From positions 20,707 to 84,706 of the forward strand of contig JAZDKK010000026.1 of assembly GCA_043803015.1 (NCBI GenBank): a DNA stretch of 64,000 nucleotides, read 5' to 3'. Positions 10,311-20,228 of the stretch are shown here, piece after piece. This DNA is from Verrucomicrobiota bacterium. Lineage in GTDB: Bacteria; Verrucomicrobiota; Kiritimatiellia; CAIQIC01; JAGNIJ01. The notes below the pieces were generated by a model. The model searched no databases, was not told the origin of the DNA, and saw only the letters and a program-made list of their open reading frames with translations. Every line of letters starts with the position of its first letter. The stretch's first letter is position 1. The position numbers were made by a program, and so were the translations under genes.

Positions 10311-10462
10311 GTTGACCACGCAGGCCGTATTCTGCCCCGCAGTCTAGCACCGCGATCCCCGCCATGAAAAGCCGACTTTGGCTCCGCCGCCGCGGCCCCT
10401 TGGCACGGGTTCTGCTTTTCCAGAAGGGCAGAAGGCGTGCGCCGGGGCGGCGGGAGGCAGCC

Positions 10463-10906
10463 ATGCTGTTCGACGATCTGACCGACAAGGAGAAAGCCCA
10501 GCTTGAGCGGATCGGCCGCGTCCGAAGCTTCGCCAGGGGCTCGGTGCTGCTGCGGGAGGGCGACAACGGCAACTCGCTCTTCGTCATCCGGACCGGCGTG
10601 GTCGAACTGCGGAAGCCGTTCGACAACGAGCAGTACAAGCAGCTCCGCGACCTCGTCCCCGGCGACTTCTTCGGAGAGCTGTCCTTCCTGACCGACGCCC
10701 CGCGCTCCGCCGAGGCCATCGCCCTCCGCGACGCGGAGGTCCTCGAGATCCGGCGCCGCGACTTCAACCGGCTGATCCGGCGGAACCCGGCGCTCGGCCT
10801 GAAGATCTACCGCGGCATGGCCGAGGAGCTGGCCCAGCGGCTGCGCAGGAACAACGAGGACCTCAAGAGCACCGTGCTCCGCGCGCTGGACGAGATGGTT
10901 TCGTAG
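10463..10906 (+). CDS. Stand-alone cyclic nucleotide-binding domain protein
   Basis: EGDNGNSLFVIRTG...GDFFGELSFL...PRSAEAIA; GGAGG RBS before ATG 10463; no HTH. Confidence 0.88.
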   Translation: MLFDDLTDKEKAQLERIGRVRSFARGSVLLREGDNGNSLFVIRTGVVELRKPFDNEQYKQLRDLVPGDFFGELSFLTDAPRSAEAIALRDAEVLEIRRRDFNRLIRRNPALGLKIYRGMAEELAQRLRRNNEDLKSTVLRALDEMVS

Positions 10907-10942
10907 GGGGGGGGCAGGGCGCGCCGGCGCGGACGCCCCGAA

Positions 10943-11914
10943 TCAGCTCAGATCACGACGGCGGAAGTTGTCCGGCGGCGGCAGTCTCTGGTCGTGCGCG
11001 CCGGCGCTCACGTTGCGGTTCAGGGTCCGCAGCAGCTGGCGATAACTCCGTTCCACCTGCGCGAGCTTGTGCTCCGCCTCTTCCAGCACCGACCGCGGCA
11101 CGGTGTCGCCGCCGCGGGACTGCTGCTGCACCTGTTGGGCCTTGGCCTGTTCCGTCTGGACCAGGGTGCGCGCCTGTTCGTAAAGCTTCTTCCACTTGTC
11201 CACTTCCTGCCGCAGCAGGGCGAGCTCCTTCGGGTCCACCGGCTTGGGCCCGTTCGCCGCCGGCTTCTTGGCCTCGGCCGGCGCCGGAGGCTTCTGGGCG
11301 GCGGCCATCTTCAGCCCGTGGATCTCGTCCAACAGCTCTTTCTCCCTCTTGCCCGCGCGCGACTGCTCGTCCATGTACAGCCCTTCCCACTTCTCCGCCT
11401 TGTGCCGGTAGTCGTCGCGCTGCGCGGTGACCGTTTTCAGCTCGCGCTGGACCTGGGCGTCCCCGCCCGGTGAAGACGGCGGCGCCTCCCGCTCGCCCTG
11501 CGCTTTCGGCTCCGGGCCTTTCTTCTCGGCCTGCTGAAGACGGGCGACGAGCGCCTCCACGTGCGATTGCAGTTTCGTGTTCTGCGCCAGGACAGCGGTC
11601 AACAGGGCCTCGCTCACGACCGAGGCCTCCTTCGACACCTTGTGCACGACCCGGGCGCGCCGGGACACCGAGCCGTCTTCCACCAGCTCCTTCAGGGCGA
11701 AGAGGTTCAAAGGGCCGTACAGGGTGCCGTCGCGCAGCTCGACTTTCCAATCCATGGCCAGGTCGGCCAGGTTCGGGGCCGGGGACCAGCTTTTCTGATC
11801 CTGCGAGAGCTGGTCCTGCGGGGCCACGCGTCCGTCCCTCGCCCAGTCCTGCAGCGTGGGCAGATCTACCGGGCCGTAGATCTCTCCGTTCTGCTTCTTC
11901 AGGTACCAGGCCAT
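10943..11914 (-). CDS. Tandem GYF_2 (DUF4339)-like domains plus coiled coil
   Basis: Two W-x6-G-x-x-YGP-x-x-L repeats (WYLKKQNGEIYGPVDL; WKVELRDGTLYGPLNL) followed by long heptad regions. Confidence 0.7.
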   Translation of the reverse strand: MAWYLKKQNGEIYGPVDLPTLQDWARDGRVAPQDQLSQDQKSWSPAPNLADLAMDWKVELRDGTLYGPLNLFALKELVEDGSVSRRARVVHKVSKEASVVSEALLTAVLAQNTKLQSHVEALVARLQQAEKKGPEPKAQGEREAPPSSPGGDAQVQRELKTVTAQRDDYRHKAEKWEGLYMDEQSRAGKREKELLDEIHGLKMAAAQKPPAPAEAKKPAANGPKPVDPKELALLRQEVDKWKKLYEQARTLVQTEQAKAQQVQQQSRGGDTVPRSVLEEAEHKLAQVERSYRQLLRTLNRNVSAGAHDQRLPPPDNFRRRDLS

Positions 11915-12152
11915 GACGACACTTCCGCCCCCTTATCCGGTCAACAGTATACCCCAGAAACCGCCGTGCGGAAGGGCAGTCTTGTGAAGAAGGCCGTGGA
12001 GGTGCAAGCACATTTTTTTGCGAAAGAGGCCAAACCTCGGAGAACAAGCCGCGCACGCCGCCCTTCGTTCGGATTTGTCCAGGCCCGCCCCGAGCGGAAA
12101 ACGATGTGCAAAGCGCAGCATCGGTGCTAACTTCTCGTCCCGGGAGGGCGAA

Positions 12153-13640
12153 GTGTCCGCCGCCAGGAAAAAGCCGGATCTCGACAGGCCCCTCAGCATC
12201 GTCATTGTCGGGGCCTCGGGGGACCTCGCCCGGAAGAAGCTCATCCCGGCGCTGTTCGCCCTTTACAGCCAGGACCTGCTTCCGGCGTCGTTCCATCTCT
12301 TCGGCTTTGCCCGGACGCCCATGACCGACCAGGCGTTTCGCGAGAAGGCCGTCGAGTTCCTGACCTGCCGGTATGTCCCGAAGGTCAAGTGCGCGGAGCG
12401 GATGGACGAGTTCCTGTCCCGGTGCCACTTCGTGCCCGGCCAGTACACGTCGGCCGACTCGTTCCTCGACCTGTACCAGGCCATGAAACCCGTCGAGGGC
12501 GCGCGCGACGTCAACCGGCTGTACTACCTGGCCATCCCGCCTTCGATCTTCATCGACTCGATCCGCTCCCTGGGCCAGGCCGGCCTCGTGCATTGCGACG
12601 CCGGCCCGGGCTGGTCCCGCGTGGTCATGGAGAAGCCGTTCGGCCGCGACCGGGAGTCCTCGGACGTCATGGCGAAGGAGCTGGCCGGCGTGTTCCGGGA
12701 GCGGGAGATCTACCGGATCGATCACTACCTGGGCAAGGAGGTCATCCAGAACCTCATGGTGCTGCGCTTCGCCAACCCAGTGTTCGACCCGCTCTGGACC
12801 CGCGAGCACGTCGAGAGCGTCCAGATCTGCTGGAAGGAGGACATCGGCATCGGCAACCGCGGCGGGTACTTCGACGAGTTCGGCATCATCCGGGACGTCA
12901 TGCAGAACCACCTGCTCCAGATCCTCTCCCTGGTGGCCATGGAGGAGCCCGCGAGCCTCGATCCGCAGGCCGTGCGGGACGAGAAGGTGCGGGTCCTCCG
13001 GAGCATCCCGCCGCTGGCGCTGGAGAACCTGGTGATCGGGCAGTACCGCGGCGCCGAGCGCGGGAAGGTCCGGGCCGTGTCGTACACGCAGGAAGAAGGC
13101 GTCCGCCCGGACTCGCTCACGCCGACCTATGCCGCCGCCGCCCTGCACATCCGCAACCCGCGCTGGGAGGGCGTCCCGTTCTTCCTGCATGCCGGCAAGG
13201 GCCTGGACGCGCGCGGGAACGACATCCGGATCCGGTTCCGGCCGAAGGCCCGGAACCTTTTTGCCGAGGTCCTGCCCAGCCTTCCCGCCAACCAGCTCGT
13301 CATCCGGGTCCAGCCGGACGAAGCTATCTACCTGCGAATCGTGAACAAGGTGCCCGGCCTCAAGCTCTCGCTGGAGGAGACCTCGCTCAACCTGAAATAC
13401 CAGGCCGCGTTCGAGGAGATCATCCCCGATGCGTACGAATGCCTGATCCTGGATGCGATCCTGGGGGACAAGAGCCTGTTCATCCGCGACGACGAGCTGG
13501 CCGCCGCCTGGGATATCTTCACGCCCGTGCTTCATGAGACCGAGACGAAACGGCTGCCGCCCGAGCCGTACGAGTTCGGCGGCCAGGGGCCCCGGCAGGC
13601 CCGCCAGCTGGCCGCCCGCTACGGAATGGAGTGCCCATGA
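12153..13640 (+). CDS. zwf: Glucose-6-phosphate 1-dehydrogenase
   Basis: GASGDLA, EKPFG, RIDHYLGKE, RDVMQNHLLQ, YECLILD. GTG start after GGGAGG. Confidence 0.96.
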   Translation: MSAARKKPDLDRPLSIVIVGASGDLARKKLIPALFALYSQDLLPASFHLFGFARTPMTDQAFREKAVEFLTCRYVPKVKCAERMDEFLSRCHFVPGQYTSADSFLDLYQAMKPVEGARDVNRLYYLAIPPSIFIDSIRSLGQAGLVHCDAGPGWSRVVMEKPFGRDRESSDVMAKELAGVFREREIYRIDHYLGKEVIQNLMVLRFANPVFDPLWTREHVESVQICWKEDIGIGNRGGYFDEFGIIRDVMQNHLLQILSLVAMEEPASLDPQAVRDEKVRVLRSIPPLALENLVIGQYRGAERGKVRAVSYTQEEGVRPDSLTPTYAAAALHIRNPRWEGVPFFLHAGKGLDARGNDIRIRFRPKARNLFAEVLPSLPANQLVIRVQPDEAIYLRIVNKVPGLKLSLEETSLNLKYQAAFEEIIPDAYECLILDAILGDKSLFIRDDELAAAWDIFTPVLHETETKRLPPEPYEFGGQGPRQARQLAARYGMECP

Positions 13641-14299
13641 AAGTCCGCCGATTCGCAAGCTACGAGGAAATGACCGAGCATGTTGTCAAGCTGCTCACGA
13701 TTCACCTGGAGCGGAAAACGCCGGCTCCGCGGGGCATCATGCTGGCCGGCGGCCTGACCCCCCTGCCGGCGTACCGCAAGCTCGCCACGCTGCGGGTCCG
13801 CGCCGCGTCCTCGGCCCACATCCTCTTCAGCGATGAGCGCATGGTGCCGGCCAACTCGCCGGAGAACAACTACGCGAATGCGCGGGACATGATCAGAGCG
13901 TGCGGCATCCCCGAGCAGCGCGTCATCCGCGTGCACACGGAGTGCGCGCTCCCGGTCGCCGCCGACCGCTACGACCGCGACCTCACCAGCTTCTTCGCCA
14001 AGGGCGGAACCGTGGGCGTGGGGCTGCTCGGGCTCGGCGCCGACGGTCATACCGCGTCGATCCTCACGCCGGAAGACGCGGCGGAGAAGAGCCGTTTCGT
14101 CATCGCCGTCCCGCAGAAGCCCGGCCCGGACCGCGTGACGGTGACCCGGGATTTTCTCTTGCGGGTGGACACGCTCGTCATCCTCGTGTCGGGACCGGAC
14201 AAGGCGCCCATCGTGAAGCAGTTCCAGGAGAACCCCGGGTCCCTGCCCGCCGGCCAGGCGCTGGCAGGCGCGCGCGACATCGCGCTGTGGATCAGTTGA
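13637..14299 (+). CDS. pgl: 6-phosphogluconolactonase
   Basis: LAGGLTP, DERMVP...NNY, LLGLGADGHTAS, RVT; ATGA overlap with zwf. Confidence 0.88.
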   Translation: MKVRRFASYEEMTEHVVKLLTIHLERKTPAPRGIMLAGGLTPLPAYRKLATLRVRAASSAHILFSDERMVPANSPENNYANARDMIRACGIPEQRVIRVHTECALPVAADRYDRDLTSFFAKGGTVGVGLLGLGADGHTASILTPEDAAEKSRFVIAVPQKPGPDRVTVTRDFLLRVDTLVILVSGPDKAPIVKQFQENPGSLPAGQALAGARDIALWIS

Positions 14300-14319
14300 T
14301 TCGGAGGCGCCGGTCGGCG

Positions 14320-14961
14320 CTACGGCTGGGCCGGCAAAGACTGGCGGTTCTTCATCCGCTCCTGCCGGCTCTTGATGCGCTCGGCCGGCGTCATGACCTT
14401 ACCGCCGTTCCCCGATTTCGAACTCTTGTTGGTCACGCTCAGCTCGAAATCGTCGAAGATGAAGAAGTCGGTTTCCTTGTCCGGCGGTTTCTTCATGTGC
14501 ACGATGCCGCGTACGAGGAGGGTGTCCGTGCCTTTCGGAGGCTCCACGTCGCGGATCTCGACGCGCGTGAACGGCTGGTCGGAGTTCACCGGGTCCGACT
14601 GCTTGACCTCCAGCACTTTCTTGTCTCCGAGGAACTGGAATTCCAAGCTCCCCTCCGCCTGTCCCACCTGGAGCGACCTGATCCAGACCGACCCGGAGTA
14701 GAGCTCGCGGTGCTTGGCCGGTACCGCCTGCGAGACGCCGCGCCACTCTTCCTTGTCGCCTTCGTACACGTCATTCACGATCCCTGCCGCCCCGCTGTGC
14801 GTGTCGTTGCTGTCCTTGCTCGCGCGCCAGCCGGTACCGAAGGTTTCCCACCCTGTCATGCCCTCCTCGAAGCTGACGTTCGTCAGTATCTGGCCCAGCG
14901 CATCGGAACCCACAACAAGCCCCACAGCACAAACCACTGCCATAACCCACCGAGATCGCAT
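14320..14961 (-). CDS. Secreted protein with a galactose-binding-like (CBM4/9-type) domain
   Basis: Signal peptide then LTNVSFEEG..GW and a terminal FIFDDFEL, typical of the beta-sandwich. Confidence 0.65.
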   Translation of the reverse strand: MRSRWVMAVVCAVGLVVGSDALGQILTNVSFEEGMTGWETFGTGWRASKDSNDTHSGAAGIVNDVYEGDKEEWRGVSQAVPAKHRELYSGSVWIRSLQVGQAEGSLEFQFLGDKKVLEVKQSDPVNSDQPFTRVEIRDVEPPKGTDTLLVRGIVHMKKPPDKETDFFIFDDFELSVTNKSSKSGNGGKVMTPAERIKSRQERMKNRQSLPAQP

Positions 14962-14990
14962 GCCCCACCCTCCTTAATGTAAGGTCTGCG

Positions 14991-15018
14991 ATGTTAACCA
15001 TTTCTTAGTCAGTGTCAA
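14991..15018 (-). promoter_or_regulatory. sigma70-like promoter for 14320..14961
   Basis: TTGACA-N16-TAACAT on the minus strand, upstream of an AAGGAGG RBS. Confidence 0.55.
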
Positions 15019-15064
15019 CAGCCGGGTCAATGGATCAGTAGACGGCGCGTCGGCCCGCCGCGCC

Positions 15065-15997
15065 CTACCGGCGCCGGAGGTTGCCTTTGAACGGCTCGGG
15101 GTCCGAGAAGTCGGGCAGGAACTCGATGTCGTGCGCCAGGTTCTGGATGTAGACGTGCTGGAATTCGAGTTCGATGACCAGGTCGTACACCCGGCGGTGC
15201 TCGTCCGCGGAAATCCGGCGCGCGAGCTGCCCGCGCTCGAAGCAGAGCGGCATGGGGTGGAACTGGCTCATCACCGACAGGGGCAGAAGCTTCCCGAACT
15301 CCTTCCTGAGCAGGCGAAGCACGGCCAGGGTGTTCTCCACGTGGCCCGGCAGAATGAGGTGCCGCACCAGCACCCCGCGTTGGGCAGGATGAGCCCCGCT
15401 GGGGTCCCACGGCTCAAGGAAGCCCTTGAGCTCCAGCATCTTACGCAGGGACTCCAGGGCGATCTCGGGGTAGCGTTCGTCACCCATGCAGGCGCCGGCC
15501 AGGGCGGGCTGGGCGAACTTGAAGTCGGGCATGAAGAGGTCCATGAACTCGGCGTACTTCTCCACCATGTCCGGCCGCTGGTAGCCCGAGCTGTTGAAGA
15601 CCGTGGGGATGGAGATCCCCTCCCGGCGCAGCTCCGCGCAGAGGTGCTCGATGTGCGGCCAGAAATGGTCCGGCGTCACGAAGTTCAAGTTGTGCACGCC
15701 CGCCTTGATCAGCCGCCGCGCGGCGGCCACGAGCTGCTCCGGCGTGACCGGCTCGCCCAGGTTCTCGATCGAGATCTGGACGTTCTGGCAGAAGAAACAC
15801 CGGCTCGAACAGCCCGTGAAGAAGATCGCCCCCGAGCCCCGAGTGCCGGTGAACGACGGCTCCTCGCCGAAGTGCGGGCCCGCGGACGAGATGCGGCACA
15901 CCGCGGTCTCGCGGCAGATGCCCCGCTTCCCCTCCACGCGGTTGACGCCGCAGTCCCGGGGACACAGGCGGCACTCGCGGTAGAGATCCATATTCAT
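15065..15997 (-). CDS. Radical SAM protein, PflX-like (pyruvate formate-lyase activating enzyme family)
   Basis: CRLCPRDCGVNR, HFGEEP...GSGAIFFTGCSSRCFFCQN, VLVRHLILPG. Confidence 0.88.
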   Translation of the reverse strand: MNMDLYRECRLCPRDCGVNRVEGKRGICRETAVCRISSAGPHFGEEPSFTGTRGSGAIFFTGCSSRCFFCQNVQISIENLGEPVTPEQLVAAARRLIKAGVHNLNFVTPDHFWPHIEHLCAELRREGISIPTVFNSSGYQRPDMVEKYAEFMDLFMPDFKFAQPALAGACMGDERYPEIALESLRKMLELKGFLEPWDPSGAHPAQRGVLVRHLILPGHVENTLAVLRLLRKEFGKLLPLSVMSQFHPMPLCFERGQLARRISADEHRRVYDLVIELEFQHVYIQNLAHDIEFLPDFSDPEPFKGNLRRR

Positions 15998-16020
15998 TAG
16001 AACGATCCGTCTCTTCTCCT

Positions 16021-16062
16021 GTAGCCGGCGGCGTTGACGCCGGCCTCGGCGCGGCCGGCTAC
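16021..16062. repeat. GTAG-type REP doublet
   Basis: GTAGCCGGCGGCGTTGACGCCGGC...GCCGGCTAC; related to 30216-30270. Confidence 0.65.
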
Positions 16063-16071
16063 AGGAGATCC

Positions 16072-17445
16072 CTAATCCGGTTTCGGCAGCTCCGGCCCGC
16101 TGTCCTTGAGCGGCACGGCGAACGTCGGCCGGCCGAACCCGATCCGCCGGTTGAGCTCCGCGAGCAGGTGCCGCACGACCACGCGGGTCTGCACCGCACC
16201 CGGTTCCTGGATGTTGCGGAAGAAGACCAGGCCGGGGATCCGCAGCAGGCCGGTCATGATGAACAGCAGCTGGTAGTTGATCACCGTGAGGCCCATGAAC
16301 TGCCAGCGGAAGTCCACGAGCAGGCTGGCGATCCACCCGCTCAGGGTCGACGCCAGGAAACTGGTGATCCCGTTCAGCGCGGACAGCACGGCGACGTAAA
16401 TCGTACGCTGGCTGGAGGGCAGGACCTCGATGACCAGGTTGAAGCTGGCCAGACCGAAGCCGGCCCAGAACAGCCCGCTGAACACCGCGTTGACATAGAT
16501 CGGCCAGCGCAAGTCCCACGGGCAGAACGCGTAGTAGAAGGGCAGCTGGATGATGCCCAGCGCGTTGATGATGAGCACCGGCTTGTGGCCGAAGCGGTCC
16601 ACCATCCGCCCCCACACGCGCTGGAACAGGATGGTCGTGACCGCGGAGATCACCCCGAGGAGCGCGATGCCCTTGAAGTTCCACCGCATGTGTTTGATCA
16701 GGTGCGCGTTAAAGAACGGCGACGCGAGGCTCACCGCGAACAGCCAGTACAGGTAGGAGATGATGATCCTCCGGTACCTCGCGTCCCGCATGGGCTGGAC
16801 GACGTACTTCAGCAGCGCCGGCACAGGCTCCGGTCGGGAGTCCGGGTCCGGCTGCCGCAGGATCAGGCGGAGCGCCATCAGCCCGGCCGCCACGGCAATG
16901 AGCTGCAGCGTCAGGTACCCTCCGTAGTAGAGGCCGTGCTGGTTGAAGGCGTCGATCGTGAAGCCGGCGGCCAGGCTGGCCACAATGCTGACGGCGCCGT
17001 TGATGCGGTTCCGCGTCGCGAAGTACCGGCCGCGGATGGTCGAGGGGACCAGGGCCGACATCCACGTCACCCAGCCCGCGACGGCCAGGTGCATGGCGAT
17101 GCTCGACAGCAGGTACAGGACCATGAAGAGGAGCACCATGTGGCTCTTCAAGGCGAACGGAATCAGGGCGATGGGAAACCAGAGCGTCCTCGACGCAACG
17201 GAGAACCAGGCGACGATGGGCTTGCGGAGCCCCGTCTTTTCGACCAGCCAGGCCCCGGGGATCTGGAACACCTGGGCCAGGACAGGGATGGCCGTGAGCA
17301 GGGCGAGCTGGAAATCGTTCGCTCCGAGGAGCAGGGCGAAGCCGGTAAAGAAGGCCCCGGACGTCAGAACGAAATGGACCGACGCCCAGGATCCCTCGGT
17401 CGTCGAGATCCGGAGTGCATTCCGCGTTATGGATGCCTTGCGCAT
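16072..17445 (-). CDS. MFS transporter
   Basis: About 12 TM segments; RGRYFATRN and WGRMVDRFGHKPVL (MFS motif A). Start placed at MRKAS. Confidence 0.88.
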   Translation of the reverse strand: MRKASITRNALRISTTEGSWASVHFVLTSGAFFTGFALLLGANDFQLALLTAIPVLAQVFQIPGAWLVEKTGLRKPIVAWFSVASRTLWFPIALIPFALKSHMVLLFMVLYLLSSIAMHLAVAGWVTWMSALVPSTIRGRYFATRNRINGAVSIVASLAAGFTIDAFNQHGLYYGGYLTLQLIAVAAGLMALRLILRQPDPDSRPEPVPALLKYVVQPMRDARYRRIIISYLYWLFAVSLASPFFNAHLIKHMRWNFKGIALLGVISAVTTILFQRVWGRMVDRFGHKPVLIINALGIIQLPFYYAFCPWDLRWPIYVNAVFSGLFWAGFGLASFNLVIEVLPSSQRTIYVAVLSALNGITSFLASTLSGWIASLLVDFRWQFMGLTVINYQLLFIMTGLLRIPGLVFFRNIQEPGAVQTRVVVRHLLAELNRRIGFGRPTFAVPLKDSGPELPKPD

Positions 17446-17748
17446 GGCAGAGTCAGGATAGTAGATGCAATCGGGCAAAAAGTGAAATGCGGGCCGCGAC
17501 CGGAAAAAAGCGCCCCGCCGGTTTTTTTGGATTTCCATGGGGACATGGTCATGGTATGGTTCGGCTCCGAGGGAGCTTGAGGCAGTACCCCGGGGCCGTG
17601 TCGTACCGGTTTCTGCCGCGCGCAGAGACCGTCCATGAGAAGCTGGAGGCAGCGAAGCGTGACAATTTGGCGCGCCGGCTGGTACGATTATTGCGCTAGG
17701 TAGCGTCGGACATGTCTGTTCGGGCAAGGAAAATCAGGGGAAAACGGG

Positions 17749-18912
17749 ATGCCTGACGAAAAAGAGTTCTCTTCGACGATGCGGATCGACATTCCGCCGG
17801 AGGAGCTGGCCACCGCGGCGCAGAAGACCAAGAAGGTGGACACCGGCAAGATCCGGCTTCGCCCGCCGACGCAGAGACTGCGGCGTTCAGCCGCGCTGGA
17901 AACCCCCGACGTCAAGTACGACCAACTTCTTCAGAGCATCTACGACGCGGCGCTGATCACCGACATGCAGGGCAACATTGTCGACAGCAACGTCCGCGCA
18001 GTCGAGTTTCTCAGGTACTCGCGTCGTGAGTTCCAGGATCTGAATGTTCTGCAGATTGTCAGCGGCGCGGATACCTCCCTTCTCGAAGTCCTTTGTCAAA
18101 ATCTTCAAAACGAGAAATTTGCGCTCATCCAAGCTTACTGCAAACGCAAGGATGGATCTTTCTTCCCGACCGAGATCGCGGTCAACATGCTCAAGATCGA
18201 AGAGCCGCGGTTCTGCTTGATGATCCGCGATATCACGGTGCGCCGAAAAGCCGAAGAGATGCTGAGGACCGAGCACAACGCGATTCAGAACTCCGGCAAC
18301 GGCATCGCCATCGCGGACGCGAGGGCGAAACTGGAATACGTGAACCCCGCCCTCCTCAAGCTGTGGGGCGTCGAGGCGCAGGAGGAAGTGCTCGGAACGG
18401 ACCTCCGGGCCCTCATGGCCGATGCGGCCGCGGCAGAACGATTGGTGACGGCCGTGCTGAACGACCACCAGGCGTGGAGCGGCGAGCTCGTCGGCAAGAG
18501 GAAGGACGGCACCACGTTCGACGTCCAGGTGTCGGCCGCCTGCAACCGCGACAGCGACGGCGATGTCGTCGGCATGGTCCTGTCGCTCGTGGACATCACC
18601 GACCGCAAGCGGGCCGAAGAGGCCCTTCGCCAATCCGACCGCCAGAACGTCATGCTGGCCAGCGTGGGCGCGGCCTGTCATCACCTCGGCCAGCCGGCGA
18701 CGGTGATCCTGGCAAACCTCGAGATCATCCGCAGGATGACGACCGACGTCGACAAGGCCGAGTTGAAGGACATCCTTCGCCTCACCAACGAGGCGGCCGA
18801 GTCGCTGGCCGAGGTCCTGCACAAGCTGAACGCGATCAACGAGTACAGGACCGTGCAGTACCTGGATCACCGGGACGCGAGGTCCCCCGACAACATCATC
18901 CTCGACATCTGA
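17749..18912 (+). CDS. PAS-PAS protein with a C-terminal HisKA-like helix pair and no HATPase domain
   Basis: Two PAS/PAC units (RKDGSFFPTEI; RKDGTTFDVQV), then H-box-like CHHLGQPATVI; ends about 75 aa later. Confidence 0.82.
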   Translation: MPDEKEFSSTMRIDIPPEELATAAQKTKKVDTGKIRLRPPTQRLRRSAALETPDVKYDQLLQSIYDAALITDMQGNIVDSNVRAVEFLRYSRREFQDLNVLQIVSGADTSLLEVLCQNLQNEKFALIQAYCKRKDGSFFPTEIAVNMLKIEEPRFCLMIRDITVRRKAEEMLRTEHNAIQNSGNGIAIADARAKLEYVNPALLKLWGVEAQEEVLGTDLRALMADAAAAERLVTAVLNDHQAWSGELVGKRKDGTTFDVQVSAACNRDSDGDVVGMVLSLVDITDRKRAEEALRQSDRQNVMLASVGAACHHLGQPATVILANLEIIRRMTTDVDKAELKDILRLTNEAAESLAEVLHKLNAINEYRTVQYLDHRDARSPDNIILDI

Positions 18913-18973
18913 CCGCGCGCGGAGGTCAGAGCCCCGGCTTGCGCACACCAGGCGGTTCGCCTACGCTGTCACC

Positions 18974-19180
18974 GTGACCAAGGCCTACCTGTTCCTCCGC
19001 GTCGCGGGTTACGTGGCCAGCCTGCTGGGTGTGGTGCTCTTCACGCTCGGACGGCAGGGCGGCGACCCGAAGTCGCCTCTCATGCTGTGGGGATTGGCCC
19101 TGCTGGCCGCGGGTTTCCTGTCCTTCTTCGTGACCTACGTCCTGTGGATGCTGAACCGCCTGATGGGCCGCCGCCGGTAG
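18974..19180 (+). CDS. Small two-TM membrane protein
   Basis: Two hydrophobic helices and a basic tail; TTGCGC-N17-TACGCT-N6-GTG lies upstream. Confidence 0.65.
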   Translation: MTKAYLFLRVAGYVASLLGVVLFTLGRQGGDPKSPLMLWGLALLAAGFLSFFVTYVLWMLNRLMGRRR

Positions 19181-19202
19181 CTGCGGCCACGAGAAACAGG
19201 CA

Positions 19203-19231
19203 TTGACAGCCCCCGGGCCCTCGGCTATCTT
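19203..19231 (+). promoter_or_regulatory. sigma70 promoter of rplM-rpsI
   Basis: TTGACA-N17-TATCTT. Confidence 0.75.
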
Positions 19232-19264
19232 CTGCCCCTCTATTTTGGGGAAGAGGTGTTGCGA

Positions 19265-19693
19265 ATGAAGACCACGCTGATGAAGGAAGAGGACGTGTTG
19301 CGGACGTGGTACGTCGTGGACGCGGCGGATACGCCCGTCGGACGGCTGGCCGTGAAGGTGGCCAACGTCCTGCGGGGCAAGACGAAGCCCACGTTCACGC
19401 CGCACGTGGACACGGGAGATTTCGTCGTCGTCGTGAACGCCAGCAAGGTGAAGCTGACGGGCGCGAAGGAGGAGAAGAAGATGTACGAGCGCTTCTCCGG
19501 CTATCCGGGCGGGCTGAAGCTTACGCCGGCGAACAAGGTCCGCGCCAAGAATCCGGGGTACCTCATTACCCATGCCGTCAGGGACATGCTGCCGAAGAAC
19601 AAGCTGAGCCGGCAGATCTTCACCCGTCTCAAGGTCTACGCGGGCGCGGAGCATCCGCATGCGGCGCAGAAACCTGAGCCGTTCAAAATCTAA
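19265..19693 (+). CDS. rplM: 50S ribosomal protein L13
   Basis: WYVVDA...GRLA...LRGKTKPTFTPHVDTGDFVVVVNA...MLPKN. Confidence 0.98.
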   Translation: MKTTLMKEEDVLRTWYVVDAADTPVGRLAVKVANVLRGKTKPTFTPHVDTGDFVVVVNASKVKLTGAKEEKKMYERFSGYPGGLKLTPANKVRAKNPGYLITHAVRDMLPKNKLSRQIFTRLKVYAGAEHPHAAQKPEPFKI

Positions 19694-19711
19694 CAACCGG
19701 GGGATCAGGCC

Positions 19712-20110
19712 GTGGCACAAAAAGTGGTAGAGTACTCGGCAACCGGCCGGCGCAAGACGGCCGTGGCCCGCATCCGGCTCGCGCACGGGGTGGGCAAGAT
19801 GCTGGTCAACGGGCGGGAGTTCAAGAACTTCTTTCCGCTGGAGTCCGTGCGGAACTACATCCAGCAGCCGCTCGTCATGACCGATTCCATCAAGCGGTTC
19901 GACATCATCGCCACCGTGGCCGGCGGCGGAACCACCGGGCAGGCCGGCGCCATGCGGCACGGCATCTCCCGGGCCCTCACGCTCGCCGATTCCTCCCTGA
20001 GGGACAAGCTGAAGAGCAGCGGCTGCCTGACGCGCGATCCGCGCATGAAGGAGCGCAAGAAGTACGGCCGCCCCGGGGCCCGCAAGAGATTCCAGTTCTC
20101 GAAGCGATAG
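19712..20110 (+). CDS. rpsI: 30S ribosomal protein S9
   Basis: TGRRKTAVAR...GGGTTGQAGA...ERKKYG...QFSKR. Confidence 0.98.
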   Translation: MAQKVVEYSATGRRKTAVARIRLAHGVGKMLVNGREFKNFFPLESVRNYIQQPLVMTDSIKRFDIIATVAGGGTTGQAGAMRHGISRALTLADSSLRDKLKSSGCLTRDPRMKERKKYGRPGARKRFQFSKR

Positions 20111-20130
20111 TCGGTTTCCAAGTTTGAGTC

Positions 20131-20165
20131 GGCCCCGGACGCCCCGCGTTCGGGGCCGTTTGTTT
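20131..20165 (+). terminator. Probable intrinsic terminator after rpsI
   Basis: GGCCCCG...CGGGGCC stem followed by GTTTGTTTT. Confidence 0.55.
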
Positions 20166-20228
20166 TGGCCCCCGCCCGCGCGAAATCTTCTGGCGCGCCG
20201 CACGGAAAAGGACTAAGAGCATGGGCCG

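Noticed and set aside
10953-13658. 901-aa minus-strand ORF
   Set aside because: Antisense to zwf and out of frame with the GYF_2 gene; shadow ORF.
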